Source of the DNA: a virus
IMG/VR virus record: IMGVR_UViG_3300011445_000031
Span: 1-46,566 of that record
Direction: 5' to 3' (one strand)
DNA length: 46,566 nt
Made by a program: the position numbers and the translations under genes. Below, piece by piece: positions 17,857-27,303 of the stretch. The notes beneath the pieces are model-generated. The model searched no databases and had not been told where the DNA came from. It saw nothing but the letters and a program-made list of their open reading frames with translations. Every line of letters begins with the position of its first letter. The stretch's first letter is position 1.

Positions 17857-18942
17857 TTAATCCTCAATTATTACGTTAGAACCACCGCCATAAATAAATT
17901 CTGCTTGCTCATATACTGGTTCTTGTGCATTAGCTACAACATATCCAGTTCCAGCAGCACTAGATGGCGTATAAGCAGGTGATGCTTGAATCATTGCTTG
18001 TGGTGTAGCAACAGCAGGTGTGCCTACCTGTTTATTTGTATTGACAGTATTACCAGTAGTTACAGCCGTCTGATCCGTTATTCCAGTTGTATTTTGATTT
18101 ACATTCGTTACGCTACTAGATACACCACTTGTTTCGATACCTTTTGCAGTATTAAGCGCAGCAATCAACTGATTTGCAATACTGTTCGGGTCATTCTTTG
18201 TAAGTTCTTCAAGAATAGCAGCAAATTGAGTATTGATCCCGCCATAAGCTACAGCAGCATCTAAACCAACCTTAGCCGCACTTTCAGAACTTCTGGCTAC
18301 AGCTTGCTGTGTAAGTAAAGAACGTGCAGTTCCTTGTGAAGCACCAGCACCTTCTGCACCACGTAAGATTGACGGCATCTGCTGTTCAGTAAGAACTCTC
18401 GTAAAGTAATTAGTAAGTTCTTTCGCATCAGCAAATGCAGCTTCTTTACTATATCTATCTTGGCTGCTACGTCCACGTTCGATTTCTTTTTGTCTCTCGG
18501 CTGCAAGTGCCTTTTGTTCTATTGTTCCACCAGCAACCATACCACCACTCTTAACATATTCTGTCTGCCTTGCTTTTTGTTGTGTATTAAAAAGATTTGC
18601 TTCTGTCTGAGACATAGTAAGACCAGTCGTTGGATTACGAAATATCCATCCACTACGTGAATACTGCGCTTGTGCTATTGGAAACTTAGCAGCAGCTTCC
18701 TCAGCACTAATAACTGGACGATCTTGTAACTGTGCAATCAGGCTATTAAGAGCATCCCGCGCCGCAGGTGTTGTATTAAGTGAATAGTTACTTGCAACAG
18801 TCGCATTGGTTCCTGTTGTGTTACTGGTAGTAGTTCCAGTAGTGTTTGTAGTAGATGGGCCAGTTTGTGCTGTTTGCTGATAACTTTGCTCTGTCCCATA
18901 TGGACTAACAGGTAGCCCAGTGTTTCTATCAACTGCTGCCAT
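17857..18942 (-). CDS. Putative internal virion protein (361 aa) with Thr/Asn-rich termini
   Basis: The N-terminal tract is TTNTTGTTTSNTTGTNATVASNYSLNTT, and there is a similar C-terminal T/N/V-rich tract. The call rests on position in the ejection-protein block. Confidence 0.4.
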   Translation of the reverse strand: MAAVDRNTGLPVSPYGTEQSYQQTAQTGPSTTNTTGTTTSNTTGTNATVASNYSLNTTPAARDALNSLIAQLQDRPVISAEEAAAKFPIAQAQYSRSGWIFRNPTTGLTMSQTEANLFNTQQKARQTEYVKSGGMVAGGTIEQKALAAERQKEIERGRSSQDRYSKEAAFADAKELTNYFTRVLTEQQMPSILRGAEGAGASQGTARSLLTQQAVARSSESAAKVGLDAAVAYGGINTQFAAILEELTKNDPNSIANQLIAALNTAKGIETSGVSSSVTNVNQNTTGITDQTAVTTGNTVNTNKQVGTPAVATPQAMIQASPAYTPSSAAGTGYVVANAQEPVYEQAEFIYGGGSNVIIED

Positions 18943-18965
18943 AATAATTCTCCTTAATGCGTAGA

Positions 18966-21923
18966 CTACCGCTTTCCTTTTTTGTGACCATTAAAGTCAA
19001 GGTTCTTAATATCGTAGATTCCATTTATTACGATATTAAACCATCTTGCACTATTTGAAAAGTATTCAGTTACCTCGTTAACATCCGTATAACTGCGAGT
19101 TTGTGATATAGCAGGTTCTATATTCTTACCATCTAAAGAACCTTCTACAGTTACATTTCCTGTAGCTAGATTTCTGAATTGTATACGTACTTCCTCGCAG
19201 TCTGTGAATCCTTTACGGAAGTATCCAATCTTGCCGATCTTAATAATACTATCGGCTGGATACTTGTCAAAGAGTGCTAGAGTTCCATCGTCAAGTAAGC
19301 AACCTGCGCTTACACTGAAAATATCAGCAGGAATTGGCCTATCACCTGCTACACTATTTATAGGACTATAGTTAAGTAGCCGCTTGAATGGCTGTCCACA
19401 CTTACCCCATTTCTTATATTGTAAGTCATAAACAAATGCACCTTGATACGTTGGATATATTGGCTCAATAGAACCATCTTGCATTAAGAATGACGAAGGT
19501 GGTAAGGTTATAGTTTGGTCAGGATACGTAAATAGTTCACTAAGTATCGTAACTTCCTGTGCAACACAGGCTTGTCCTGTGCCTGTTCCTATTGGAACGC
19601 CCATTACATGTGCTTGCCGTATCTTTGCAGGATTAGTAAGGCATATATCTTCATAATCAGGAGCTTCAGGTGTTGAATCATCAACAAAGAAGTTTCCTAA
19701 CAAATCATAATGTCCATGTCCCTTAATATGTGTATAACCAAGTTCTTGATATACACAAGTTTCAAAATCAACAGGACGAAATACAGGTTGCCCAAATGTT
19801 TGCGTTACAATAGCATATGTATCTGGGGGAAATGGATTACCAGCGTATGGTGCCATTAATGCTGTTATATCTTCATCATTATCTGCACGTTTTGCTCCAA
19901 AATCAATACGACAACACTTAGGTGATGTACCAGGAGAACCATCAGGCTCATATGCTGGGCCAGGAGGAATACCTACGCTTGAATACCAAACTTGTGTTAT
20001 TCCAGTTCCAACCATTACAGTAAAATAAAATGTACTACAAGCACCACAACTTGCTGGCCCTGAAAGTCCAGAGATAGTTGTACCAAGTCCAGATAGATGT
20101 CCATTAAAGAAATCACCTACATATGCGGGTGATGGTAAACTACCACCATAATCCGCCGTTGTTGTCATTAAAATAGGTGTACTATAGCTAATATCATAGT
20201 TGACTGGTATGTCAACATAGAAACCTTTTGTAAGACTACGTTGTAACCAAGCACTCTTTTCAGCTTGACCATACCATTTGTTTGCTTCAGAAAAGAACGA
20301 TAGATCAAGATATGGTCCAAAACTTTGTATACCACTTGCTGGAACTGTTCCTAAATCCATTACACCTTCAATAGTAATCGGTGCGTGTACTTTATCTAGT
20401 ATTGCCTTCTTCCAACTTTCCTGAAACGCTGCTTCATACATCCACAAGAAATCTTGCTTAGCATAGAAGTCATCTGTATTTTCTTCTGTTGTTTCATCTG
20501 CAGCAAATCCAGCAACAAGCGGCATATTAACCGATGTAGCTGGAATAAAGAATTCTGTTCCACTTCCATCTATTTTTGTAATACCGCCATTAGCAAAAGC
20601 TACGCTACTAAAATATAAACTATCGCCAAAACTTCCAGAACCATACGTTTTCCATGAAAGAAGCGTAGCTGCTGGAACACCTGTTGATAGTATATCTTCC
20701 CAAATAGGAACTTGTCCAGGAGATACAGCTTGTGTATATGACGTGTAACCATATGTAGTATATAGATAGTTTTCTTCAAAACTACTGTCGATACTACCTA
20801 AAGCCAAGCATGGATTATCTTCTATATGCGCTATATTGTAACTTGCGCCTTTAAATGTAAATGTTGTAGAAGGCACACTTACGTAGCTGAAGTTAGGTAT
20901 TCCAAGAACATAGTTAGCATTAATAAACTCTAAAAACAAATATCGGCCTTCTAACACACGCACAAATATCGGATCTCTTGTTTCTTTCAGGTAACTGAAA
21001 ACCTCAGGAATAATATACTCAGCAATACCATTCTCAATCTTAATTAGACCAAATGTTGTATAAGCAAAATGTGTTGTATCCGGTTGACCTGTTGTCGCTT
21101 GGCCAAGATAACTAAGGCCGTTTTCATTAAATACTGTCTCACTAGCCCATAGGAAGTTTGCATCAGCATTACGCTTCACATGGACAATAGACCTAGTGCA
21201 GTAAACCATGAAACCGTTACCGTGTTGTAGGCATACAGTAATCTTACCAACAATATGCTGGAATATAGCCGCGCCAACACCTGTTTCTAAGTCAGGTACA
21301 AAATCCATCTTATCATCAATATCAGACCATGCAATACTGTTTGCACTATCCCAGATACCTAAGCGGCCACCAGCTTTAAATATCCCTTGTTGAGCTGGCA
21401 TATTCAAGTTACTTGATGGGGTCAATACAGTAGGAACAAAGTCCTCTGCTGCTCTCATTACCCATACATTCAATTCACCTGCACGATAGATATAAACCTC
21501 ATTACCTATTACACAGTATGTGTAGTTTTTATGGACACCACTTGCTGGGACAGTTAAGGCAATAACCTTGTCCCATGCACCTGTTGAAGCTGCATACTTT
21601 GTGTATATACCATCCTCACAAAGAGCAACCATTGTATTCTGGAGTGTTAGTCCTTGGACAACAAAGACATCATCTACGTTAAGAAGTGCAAATGGTGTTG
21701 TTAACCCAGTTAACGGATTGACATTAAGTATACTATTAATTCCGAAATAACTCATATAACCATATGCAGTTGGCATAAAGTTATAACCGTCATAAGGCAC
21801 TACAGGAATGCGTCCTTCAGGAGCATCCTCTGCTTGTGTAGAGTGCATAGACTCCGGAAAGCTATTCGGGTCTATAGGAATATAGCTTCTACTTATGTCA
21901 ATGAGTTTAACAGTTTGTGCCAT
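18966..21923 (-). CDS. Tail nozzle / tubular-B-like protein (985 aa)
   Basis: By size and position it resembles podoviral nozzle proteins. The N-terminal segment RIPVVPYDGYNFMPTAYGYMSYFG recalls the P22 gp10-type 'Y.DYLPVNM...GYLRSFPG' start, from memory. Confidence 0.4.
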   Translation of the reverse strand: MAQTVKLIDISRSYIPIDPNSFPESMHSTQAEDAPEGRIPVVPYDGYNFMPTAYGYMSYFGINSILNVNPLTGLTTPFALLNVDDVFVVQGLTLQNTMVALCEDGIYTKYAASTGAWDKVIALTVPASGVHKNYTYCVIGNEVYIYRAGELNVWVMRAAEDFVPTVLTPSSNLNMPAQQGIFKAGGRLGIWDSANSIAWSDIDDKMDFVPDLETGVGAAIFQHIVGKITVCLQHGNGFMVYCTRSIVHVKRNADANFLWASETVFNENGLSYLGQATTGQPDTTHFAYTTFGLIKIENGIAEYIIPEVFSYLKETRDPIFVRVLEGRYLFLEFINANYVLGIPNFSYVSVPSTTFTFKGASYNIAHIEDNPCLALGSIDSSFEENYLYTTYGYTSYTQAVSPGQVPIWEDILSTGVPAATLLSWKTYGSGSFGDSLYFSSVAFANGGITKIDGSGTEFFIPATSVNMPLVAGFAADETTEENTDDFYAKQDFLWMYEAAFQESWKKAILDKVHAPITIEGVMDLGTVPASGIQSFGPYLDLSFFSEANKWYGQAEKSAWLQRSLTKGFYVDIPVNYDISYSTPILMTTTADYGGSLPSPAYVGDFFNGHLSGLGTTISGLSGPASCGACSTFYFTVMVGTGITQVWYSSVGIPPGPAYEPDGSPGTSPKCCRIDFGAKRADNDEDITALMAPYAGNPFPPDTYAIVTQTFGQPVFRPVDFETCVYQELGYTHIKGHGHYDLLGNFFVDDSTPEAPDYEDICLTNPAKIRQAHVMGVPIGTGTGQACVAQEVTILSELFTYPDQTITLPPSSFLMQDGSIEPIYPTYQGAFVYDLQYKKWGKCGQPFKRLLNYSPINSVAGDRPIPADIFSVSAGCLLDDGTLALFDKYPADSIIKIGKIGYFRKGFTDCEEVRIQFRNLATGNVTVEGSLDGKNIEPAISQTRSYTDVNEVTEYFSNSARWFNIVINGIYDIKNLDFNGHKKGKR

Positions 21924-21930
21924 GTTTATT

Positions 21931-22332
21931 CTACGTGTTGGTTAATTGTTTAGGTTTCCGCGCGTCTTTATACGCGTAAGCACATTCAATAATGAGTGTT
22001 CCTGCTTCACTCGTTCTTGATACAAGACTAATATGTGTTGCACCATTTCCATCAATAACTTTGATAGAACCGGAAGGTATATAATGTAAGCCAAGACTGA
22101 ATACGCCATTTACTGGCACAACTACAGCAGAGCCAAGCATTAGATAACACGAAGTAACATCATCTCCATAAACAACTAAGAGCTCTGTATCAGTAGGTAA
22201 GGCAATAGCATTTGCTGGAGTAACAGTGAAATCTTGCTTTATAAGTCCTTTTGAAAGCAAAATCTCAAGGGGTAAGGCATCTCCTTGTAAGCTACTGTTT
22301 CTGTAGAGCTTTTTATCATTAATTTCAACCAT
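21931..22332 (-). CDS. Hypothetical virion-module protein (133 aa)
   Basis: ORF in the late operon, flanked by short gaps of 2 and 7 nt. Confidence 0.55.
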   Translation of the reverse strand: MVEINDKKLYRNSSLQGDALPLEILLSKGLIKQDFTVTPANAIALPTDTELLVVYGDDVTSCYLMLGSAVVVPVNGVFSLGLHYIPSGSIKVIDGNGATHISLVSRTSEAGTLIIECAYAYKDARKPKQLTNT

Positions 22333-22334
22333 AC

Positions 22335-22964
22335 TTAGCCTCTACCCCAATCAAGTGCTTCATTAAATGGCATCTTAGGAAAACAAGTAAGTCTACTACG
22401 CATACTGGTATTTATTACCTTTATTCCTTTCTTCACCAGTAATGGTGCTGCTTGCATCATTGCTCCGTAGAAATCATCAAAGACAGTATGTGGAACAGGT
22501 ACGTGTCTATCATGGCAATGTGTCTTACCATCTAGAACCCGCATGTCGTATCCCATTAGTATAAGCCGTGGAGCACCCATATTTACGACTAGATTTATAA
22601 GCTGATGCCCAGTATTTCTTCCGTGAGCAACAACACCTTCCTCGAAGATAAAACCGTGGTTTCCGCCGCATTTTAACCATTGTAAATCTGGAACCTTTGT
22701 ATCAAGTTTTTGATAATCAAGCGTTACCTTAACAGCCTTATGTTTCCTTAATGCTTCATCTGTTCTCCATCTTTGATGCCACCAAGCTCTATCACACGCG
22801 TATATAAGCTTGGCATTTTCAGCATACATATAAACATCTTTACACACACAAGTAGGAAAAATATGACTTGCTTCATCTACTTGTTCAGGAATAAGTGATG
22901 GCCCTTGTGCTGCAACTACAACTGTCCAATCTTCAAAAGGACGCCCATGTTGATACCAAGGCAT
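22335..22964 (-). CDS. Maf/DUF115 (MAF_flag10) / GT42-like putative glycosyltransferase
   Basis: VVVAAQGPSL matches the 'GNGPSL' start of Cst-type sialyltransferases and Maf flagellin glycosyltransferases. It is followed by IYACD and GRNTGHQLINLVVNMGAPRLILMGYDM. ATG 22964 lies 1 nt after the upstream stop; GTG 23030 is the alternative start. Confidence 0.55.
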   Translation of the reverse strand: MPWYQHGRPFEDWTVVVAAQGPSLIPEQVDEASHIFPTCVCKDVYMYAENAKLIYACDRAWWHQRWRTDEALRKHKAVKVTLDYQKLDTKVPDLQWLKCGGNHGFIFEEGVVAHGRNTGHQLINLVVNMGAPRLILMGYDMRVLDGKTHCHDRHVPVPHTVFDDFYGAMMQAAPLLVKKGIKVINTSMRSRLTCFPKMPFNEALDWGRG

Positions 22965-22965
22965 A

Positions 22966-24312
22966 TTAACCAACAAATGTATGAGATGATGCTCCACCAC
23001 CACCGCCAGCTTCTTGTCTTTGTACTGCACCTATATCAAGATAACCAATACTTGCACTACCTAAGAATGTACCTGGAAAACCAACAGCTTTTGCAGGACT
23101 TCCAGATGCTATACCAAAGTTACCACCAGCAGCATCAGTAAATTGTGGGTCAGTTGTAAGCTCTGTTCCAGCAAGATTGGCATTTACGGTTAAGTTATTT
23201 AGGTTTGTGCCACTTGACCGATAGAAGATATTATAGGCATGAAAACCTAACAAATCAGCCTGGTTTGTTCCTGGAAATTCGCTATTAAACGATGTTGAAC
23301 CATTTCCATTTTCCGCAATAATAGAATTTAGTATCGTAAATATAGCGTCATCATCAGCAGCTTCAACGCCAGAATCATCATTATCCCATATTGTACAACC
23401 AAATAAAAGCGTTTGATGTGTTATTGTTGATGGCGCACCACTATGATAGACACCACGACCTGTATTACTTTCAATTATTGAAAAGAAAAGTTGTGGGCCA
23501 CCATTGTTTGCTGTATTCCTTACTCCATCAGAAGCGTTGTTATGTAAATACACACCAAGATACGAACCGCCTGTTGTTGATAATCCCTGGCCAGCCGAAC
23601 CACTTGCTTCACAATTTAGCGTTAAACCAGCGCCACATAGAATAGCTCCACCTGAACCTGAATCAGTTACTTTAACATTATGGTTAACACCATCAGAAGC
23701 ACCAGTTGTAAAACCAACTCCGGTTGATCCATCACAATCAAGCTCAAAGTTGTCAATAAACCACAAACCATGTGAATTTGAAATATTTAATGGCGTAGTA
23801 TTACCTGTAGTATTTAAAACTGGGCGTACTCCCGCTTTGCCCATTACTGTAATTCTTCCGCCTGTTTTATCTCCTGAATTACGTGAGCTAAATAACGCGC
23901 CAACTTGGGCAGCAGGACTATTATTATATATAACTACATCACCAGCACGTGTAAATGCTTCTTCACCAGATAATCCTGCGCCAGTAATTTGGCCACCAAT
24001 ATTTCCAGTACTTGCTCCAGCAGTAAGACCAGTTGGTGCTACAGTAACAGTGATCGTTTTCGGAGAAGCAGCATTATCAACACCAGAAATCCAAAAGATA
24101 TCTTGTGTAGTATTAGTGGCATCAGTAAAATTAACACTATCCTGGTTTGCACCACTTGTATTTAATACAGATAAATCATGGGCTTCAACAATAGGAATTG
24201 TTGTTCCACCTGCGTATGTAGCATGAACTGTAATAGCATATAATGCAGAAGCAGAATCTCTAGAGCCGCTATTATTTGCATTACCACCACTGTCTACATA
24301 GCACTTTCCCAT
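22966..24312 (-). CDS. Right-handed beta-helix tailspike / depolymerase-like protein (448 aa)
   Basis: Repetitive G/S/T/N/D-rich turns (NNASDGV, WDNDDSGVE, GSGGAILCGAG) are typical of pectate-lyase-fold repeats. The gene lies in the tail gene block. Confidence 0.55.
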   Translation of the reverse strand: MGKCYVDSGGNANNSGSRDSASALYAITVHATYAGGTTIPIVEAHDLSVLNTSGANQDSVNFTDATNTTQDIFWISGVDNAASPKTITVTVAPTGLTAGASTGNIGGQITGAGLSGEEAFTRAGDVVIYNNSPAAQVGALFSSRNSGDKTGGRITVMGKAGVRPVLNTTGNTTPLNISNSHGLWFIDNFELDCDGSTGVGFTTGASDGVNHNVKVTDSGSGGAILCGAGLTLNCEASGSAGQGLSTTGGSYLGVYLHNNASDGVRNTANNGGPQLFFSIIESNTGRGVYHSGAPSTITHQTLLFGCTIWDNDDSGVEAADDDAIFTILNSIIAENGNGSTSFNSEFPGTNQADLLGFHAYNIFYRSSGTNLNNLTVNANLAGTELTTDPQFTDAAGGNFGIASGSPAKAVGFPGTFLGSASIGYLDIGAVQRQEAGGGGGASSHTFVG

Positions 24313-25007
24313 TACTTCACCACTTCGGCTTCAACTGCCGCCTTTTCAATAATCCATTGTTCAAGTGTTTTCTCTGACGCATCAGAACAAACGAAAGCTT
24401 TTGTTTGCCGTAATTCGCTTTCTATTGCTGTTCCATTCATCAAATCAACACATTCTTGCGTTGTTAAATCGGCAATGAATTCTTCATAATCATATTTAAC
24501 AATTTCAGCACCAGCACGTAGTATTGTGCCATCTGGTAATACACCATCCTCTTTCAACACAATTGTCCGTTCGCTCTTAACTTCTTTATGCCGTAAAAAA
24601 TTACTGTTCCGTGTAGTTGGATGCGTAACATGTGTCGGTGGAAACGTAGCTATTGCAGCATTATAAGCATCAAGCCATACTTGTGCTTCCGCCGGAGATA
24701 AATTTATTAGCGCACGCCCACGATATGGAAATGCAGCAAATACTGCTTGTTCTGCTGGATATAATGCATCTGGATAATAATCTAAGAATTCAACATCATC
24801 AGGAAACCATACATTTCTAGGTGTCCTTCCCATTACTTTAATACCAGTAGAACCATCAGCAAAGAGTTTTGTTGGTCTATCTAGTTTAGGCCAATAACAA
24901 AACAAAAAGAGCATATCATTCTGAACACCCCAACAACCAGGTGCATTTGGTGCAATACCGGGAACTAATGAAACGTTCTGTAACCGTGTGAATGCTGTAA
25001 CTTTCAT
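24312..25007 (-). CDS. Hypothetical tail-module protein (231 aa)
   Basis: Long ORF with a TAATG overlap with the beta-helix gene. I recognised no motif. Confidence 0.6.
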   Translation of the reverse strand: MKVTAFTRLQNVSLVPGIAPNAPGCWGVQNDMLFLFCYWPKLDRPTKLFADGSTGIKVMGRTPRNVWFPDDVEFLDYYPDALYPAEQAVFAAFPYRGRALINLSPAEAQVWLDAYNAAIATFPPTHVTHPTTRNSNFLRHKEVKSERTIVLKEDGVLPDGTILRAGAEIVKYDYEEFIADLTTQECVDLMNGTAIESELRQTKAFVCSDASEKTLEQWIIEKAAVEAEVVK

Positions 25008-25018
25008 TTTGCGCCTTT

Positions 25019-25900
25019 CTACGAACTTGGAACAATATCAATTGAAAGCAAAACGCGTGTAACTGTTGTTATACTATCCACATTAAATCGAATAATATCT
25101 CCAGCAGTTACCGCAACTGTCCAAGTAGATAGTGTTAAATCTTGATTTTTACTTGCAGATGCTAATGTTGGCTTTTCCGAACCAGCAATAGTATCTGCAA
25201 CAGTTGGAGGATAGTTTGTATATGTATCTTTCCATACATCTATTACAATGCTACCTGATTGGTCAGCAAGTATTGTCCAACCAGTAATTGTACCATCAAA
25301 TGGAACTACTATATCACCTTTAATACCTGTAGTAATAGCACTACCACCACCATCTATAGTTATACCAAAACTGCGTTTCTTTGCATTTGCACTAAGACCT
25401 ATTGATGGATTGCCCGCTGTTCCTGCTGGGTTGGTTATATCTATTCCAACACCTTCATCTAGACTACGGCGAACAAAAGTATCTGCTGCTGTCTGTGTAA
25501 GTAATCCAGCCGTAGCATCTAAAGCAGCTAATGCAGTAAGTGTCGCATCAAGTGTTTGCTTAGCATCAAGTGCTGCTTGAAGTCCATTCGTTTTTGCAAT
25601 ACTAAGTGCTGCATCAGCTATTGCAGTAGAACCACCAGTTGATGTAACAACACCAGTAAGATTACTTACAAATGCTAAACTACCTAATGAAGCAACTAAA
25701 GCATTAAGACTAGCGTCAACCGTAGCCGCAGAACCTATTGCATCATATTGTGTATCAAAATATGTTTCAAATAGCGTCTGAAGATACGCAGGTGTAAGAT
25801 ATACGTTATCGGTAGAACCAAAAGGACTACGAGCAGCCGGAATCCTATCAGTAGCTATTGCTGTTATACCAGCAGTTAACGCAGAAATTTTGGTATCCAT
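25019..25900 (-). CDS. Tail fibre-like protein (293 aa)
   Basis: The N-terminus is MDTKISALTAGITAIATDRIPAA..., followed by A/L/T-rich coiled segments (LDATLTALAALDATAGLL) and a beta-rich C-terminal domain. Confidence 0.5.
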   Translation of the reverse strand: MDTKISALTAGITAIATDRIPAARSPFGSTDNVYLTPAYLQTLFETYFDTQYDAIGSAATVDASLNALVASLGSLAFVSNLTGVVTSTGGSTAIADAALSIAKTNGLQAALDAKQTLDATLTALAALDATAGLLTQTAADTFVRRSLDEGVGIDITNPAGTAGNPSIGLSANAKKRSFGITIDGGGSAITTGIKGDIVVPFDGTITGWTILADQSGSIVIDVWKDTYTNYPPTVADTIAGSEKPTLASASKNQDLTLSTWTVAVTAGDIIRFNVDSITTVTRVLLSIDIVPSS

Positions 25901-25910
25901 ATATCCTTAT

Positions 25911-26144
25911 TTACTGAAGCTGTATTTTGCTACTTCCATCTTCTAATAAAAACATGCTTGCACCATCTTCAAGTAATAGAAATGATGCAACTGTTGGCGT
26001 ACCAAAATAAAGTGCCAGTTCCGCACCTGTTACTGTATAGTTACTATAACCAGTTGGACTACTTGGGTCAAGCCTAGACAATAGAAAAATATCACCATCT
26101 TGTACTGGTGAACCATCTGGAAATGTTCTAAAACGTCTAGACAT
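25911..26144 (-). CDS. Hypothetical small virion-module protein (77 aa)
   Basis: ORF packed in the operon, overlapping the upstream gene by 8 nt. Confidence 0.5.
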   Translation of the reverse strand: MSRRFRTFPDGSPVQDGDIFLLSRLDPSSPTGYSNYTVTGAELALYFGTPTVASFLLLEDGASMFLLEDGSSKIQLQ

Positions 26145-26379
26145 TAGATTGGCTCGGATTATCCATTAAGATTGCATCTTGTGTTCCACCACCATAGCGT
26201 CCCATAGTACCTGGTGCTTCATTTTCTGTATTTAAATCTAATAGACTATCATCATAATCTTTTTCTGGTTCATGTGCTGGAAACTTAACAAACAAAAGAC
26301 CACCAGCACTATCTTGTAGACTAGCGATAGCTGCTGCAAAGCATTCAGTAAGCTCTTGGCTATCCATGGCCTTTACCAT
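26137..26379 (-). CDS. Hypothetical acidic protein (80 aa)
   Basis: ORF overlapping its neighbours by 8 and 20 nt. Confidence 0.5.
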   Translation of the reverse strand: MVKAMDSQELTECFAAAIASLQDSAGGLLFVKFPAHEPEKDYDDSLLDLNTENEAPGTMGRYGGGTQDAILMDNPSQSNV

Positions 26380-26896
26380 TAGTTAATTGTTTAATTGTTT
26401 GGTCTTTCTGTTGCGATGAGCGAGTTGTTCCAAATTCAAAGTTATAAATATTATCAAGATAACCTAGGAATCGACCAAGAACAAGTGTTATGATACCTTT
26501 TGCATATTCATTGAGTGTATCTGAAACAAGAACTTGCCAAACAAGTAATCCAATCATAACAACAGCAAGAACATACATACTATGCCCACGGATATTCCTA
26601 TAGCCAGTTTTAGCTAATTCAATATCACGATTCCTTGCACTTTGCACATCAGCAAGAAATAAACTATCCCAGGTCATAAGTTGTTCATTTGCTTTCAATT
26701 GAAATTCAGCCATTTTAACAGGATCAGCTAATACTTGATTGACCGCGGTAGTTGGGTCTTTTACACCAGTAATAGCCTGTGCAATTCCTACCGCTTGTTC
26801 AGCTATTTCTGTTGATCTTTCGCCAGCTCCAGCATACTTCATAAGAGCAGGAACAGCACTTGCAAGTTGAACAAGAAGAGGTATTAGCGGTAGCAT
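26360..26896 (-). CDS. Putative holin (GTA-type '3TM' holin-like)
   Basis: Three hydrophobic segments: LIPLLVQLASAVPALM, YVLAVVMIGLLVWQVLV and IITLVLGRFLGYL. A central amphipathic ...FLADVQSARNRD region resembles DUF3154-type holins. The gene is adjacent to the candidate lysin. Confidence 0.45.
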   Translation of the reverse strand: MLPLIPLLVQLASAVPALMKYAGAGERSTEIAEQAVGIAQAITGVKDPTTAVNQVLADPVKMAEFQLKANEQLMTWDSLFLADVQSARNRDIELAKTGYRNIRGHSMYVLAVVMIGLLVWQVLVSDTLNEYAKGIITLVLGRFLGYLDNIYNFEFGTTRSSQQKDQTIKQLTNGKGHG

Positions 26897-26898
26897 TA

Positions 26899-27303
26899 TT
26901 AATTTACCTCAAGTATATCAAGTTGGAATTCATTTATTGCGGCTGTTCGAGATAAAAACTCGGTAAAACCAGCTTGTGATGCTGAGATAGAACACGAGTT
27001 ATCTTGCCATACTGCAAACTGTTCACCAACAAGAATACAACCACGAGAATCATCATCAATATTGCCTTTATGAAACAAGATTTCACTACGTCCAATAACA
27101 TTTGTTACTTCAAACGTGTTACCAAACTTTGGGCTATTAACACGCTTGCATATGTATGTCCCAGCAGGAATACAAGATTTACCTTTCTCATTATTAAGCC
27201 AGGCGCGCTCTGCTGTTAATGCGAATGGTAAGGTATTATCAATCAAGACACCAAAAACTCCATCATCTCGTTTTGCAATACGAAGGAGTTTAAACAGTTT
27301 CAT
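26899..27303 (-). CDS. DUF5675-like protein, candidate cell-wall hydrolase (endolysin by position)
   Basis: IPAGTYICKRVNSPKFGNTFEVTNVIGRSEILFHKGNIDDDSRGCILVG matches the DUF5675 pattern 'IPaGtY...VpgR..IliH.GN...ds.GCIlvG' as I remember it. It sits between two membrane proteins. Confidence 0.45.
   Translation of the reverse strand: MKLFKLLRIAKRDDGVFGVLIDNTLPFALTAERAWLNNEKGKSCIPAGTYICKRVNSPKFGNTFEVTNVIGRSEILFHKGNIDDDSRGCILVGEQFAVWQDNSCSISASQAGFTEFLSRTAAINEFQLDILEVN

Noticed and set aside
23504-24226. 240-aa + strand ORF antisense to the beta-helix gene
   Set aside because: It is P/V/S-rich low-complexity translation of the reverse strand of a repetitive gene. It has no RBS and would oppose the tightly coupled late operon.
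25248-25580. 110-aa + strand ORF antisense to the 293-aa fibre gene
   Set aside because: It is the same kind of artefact, the compositional mirror of an A/T/S-rich fibre gene, and it has no start context.
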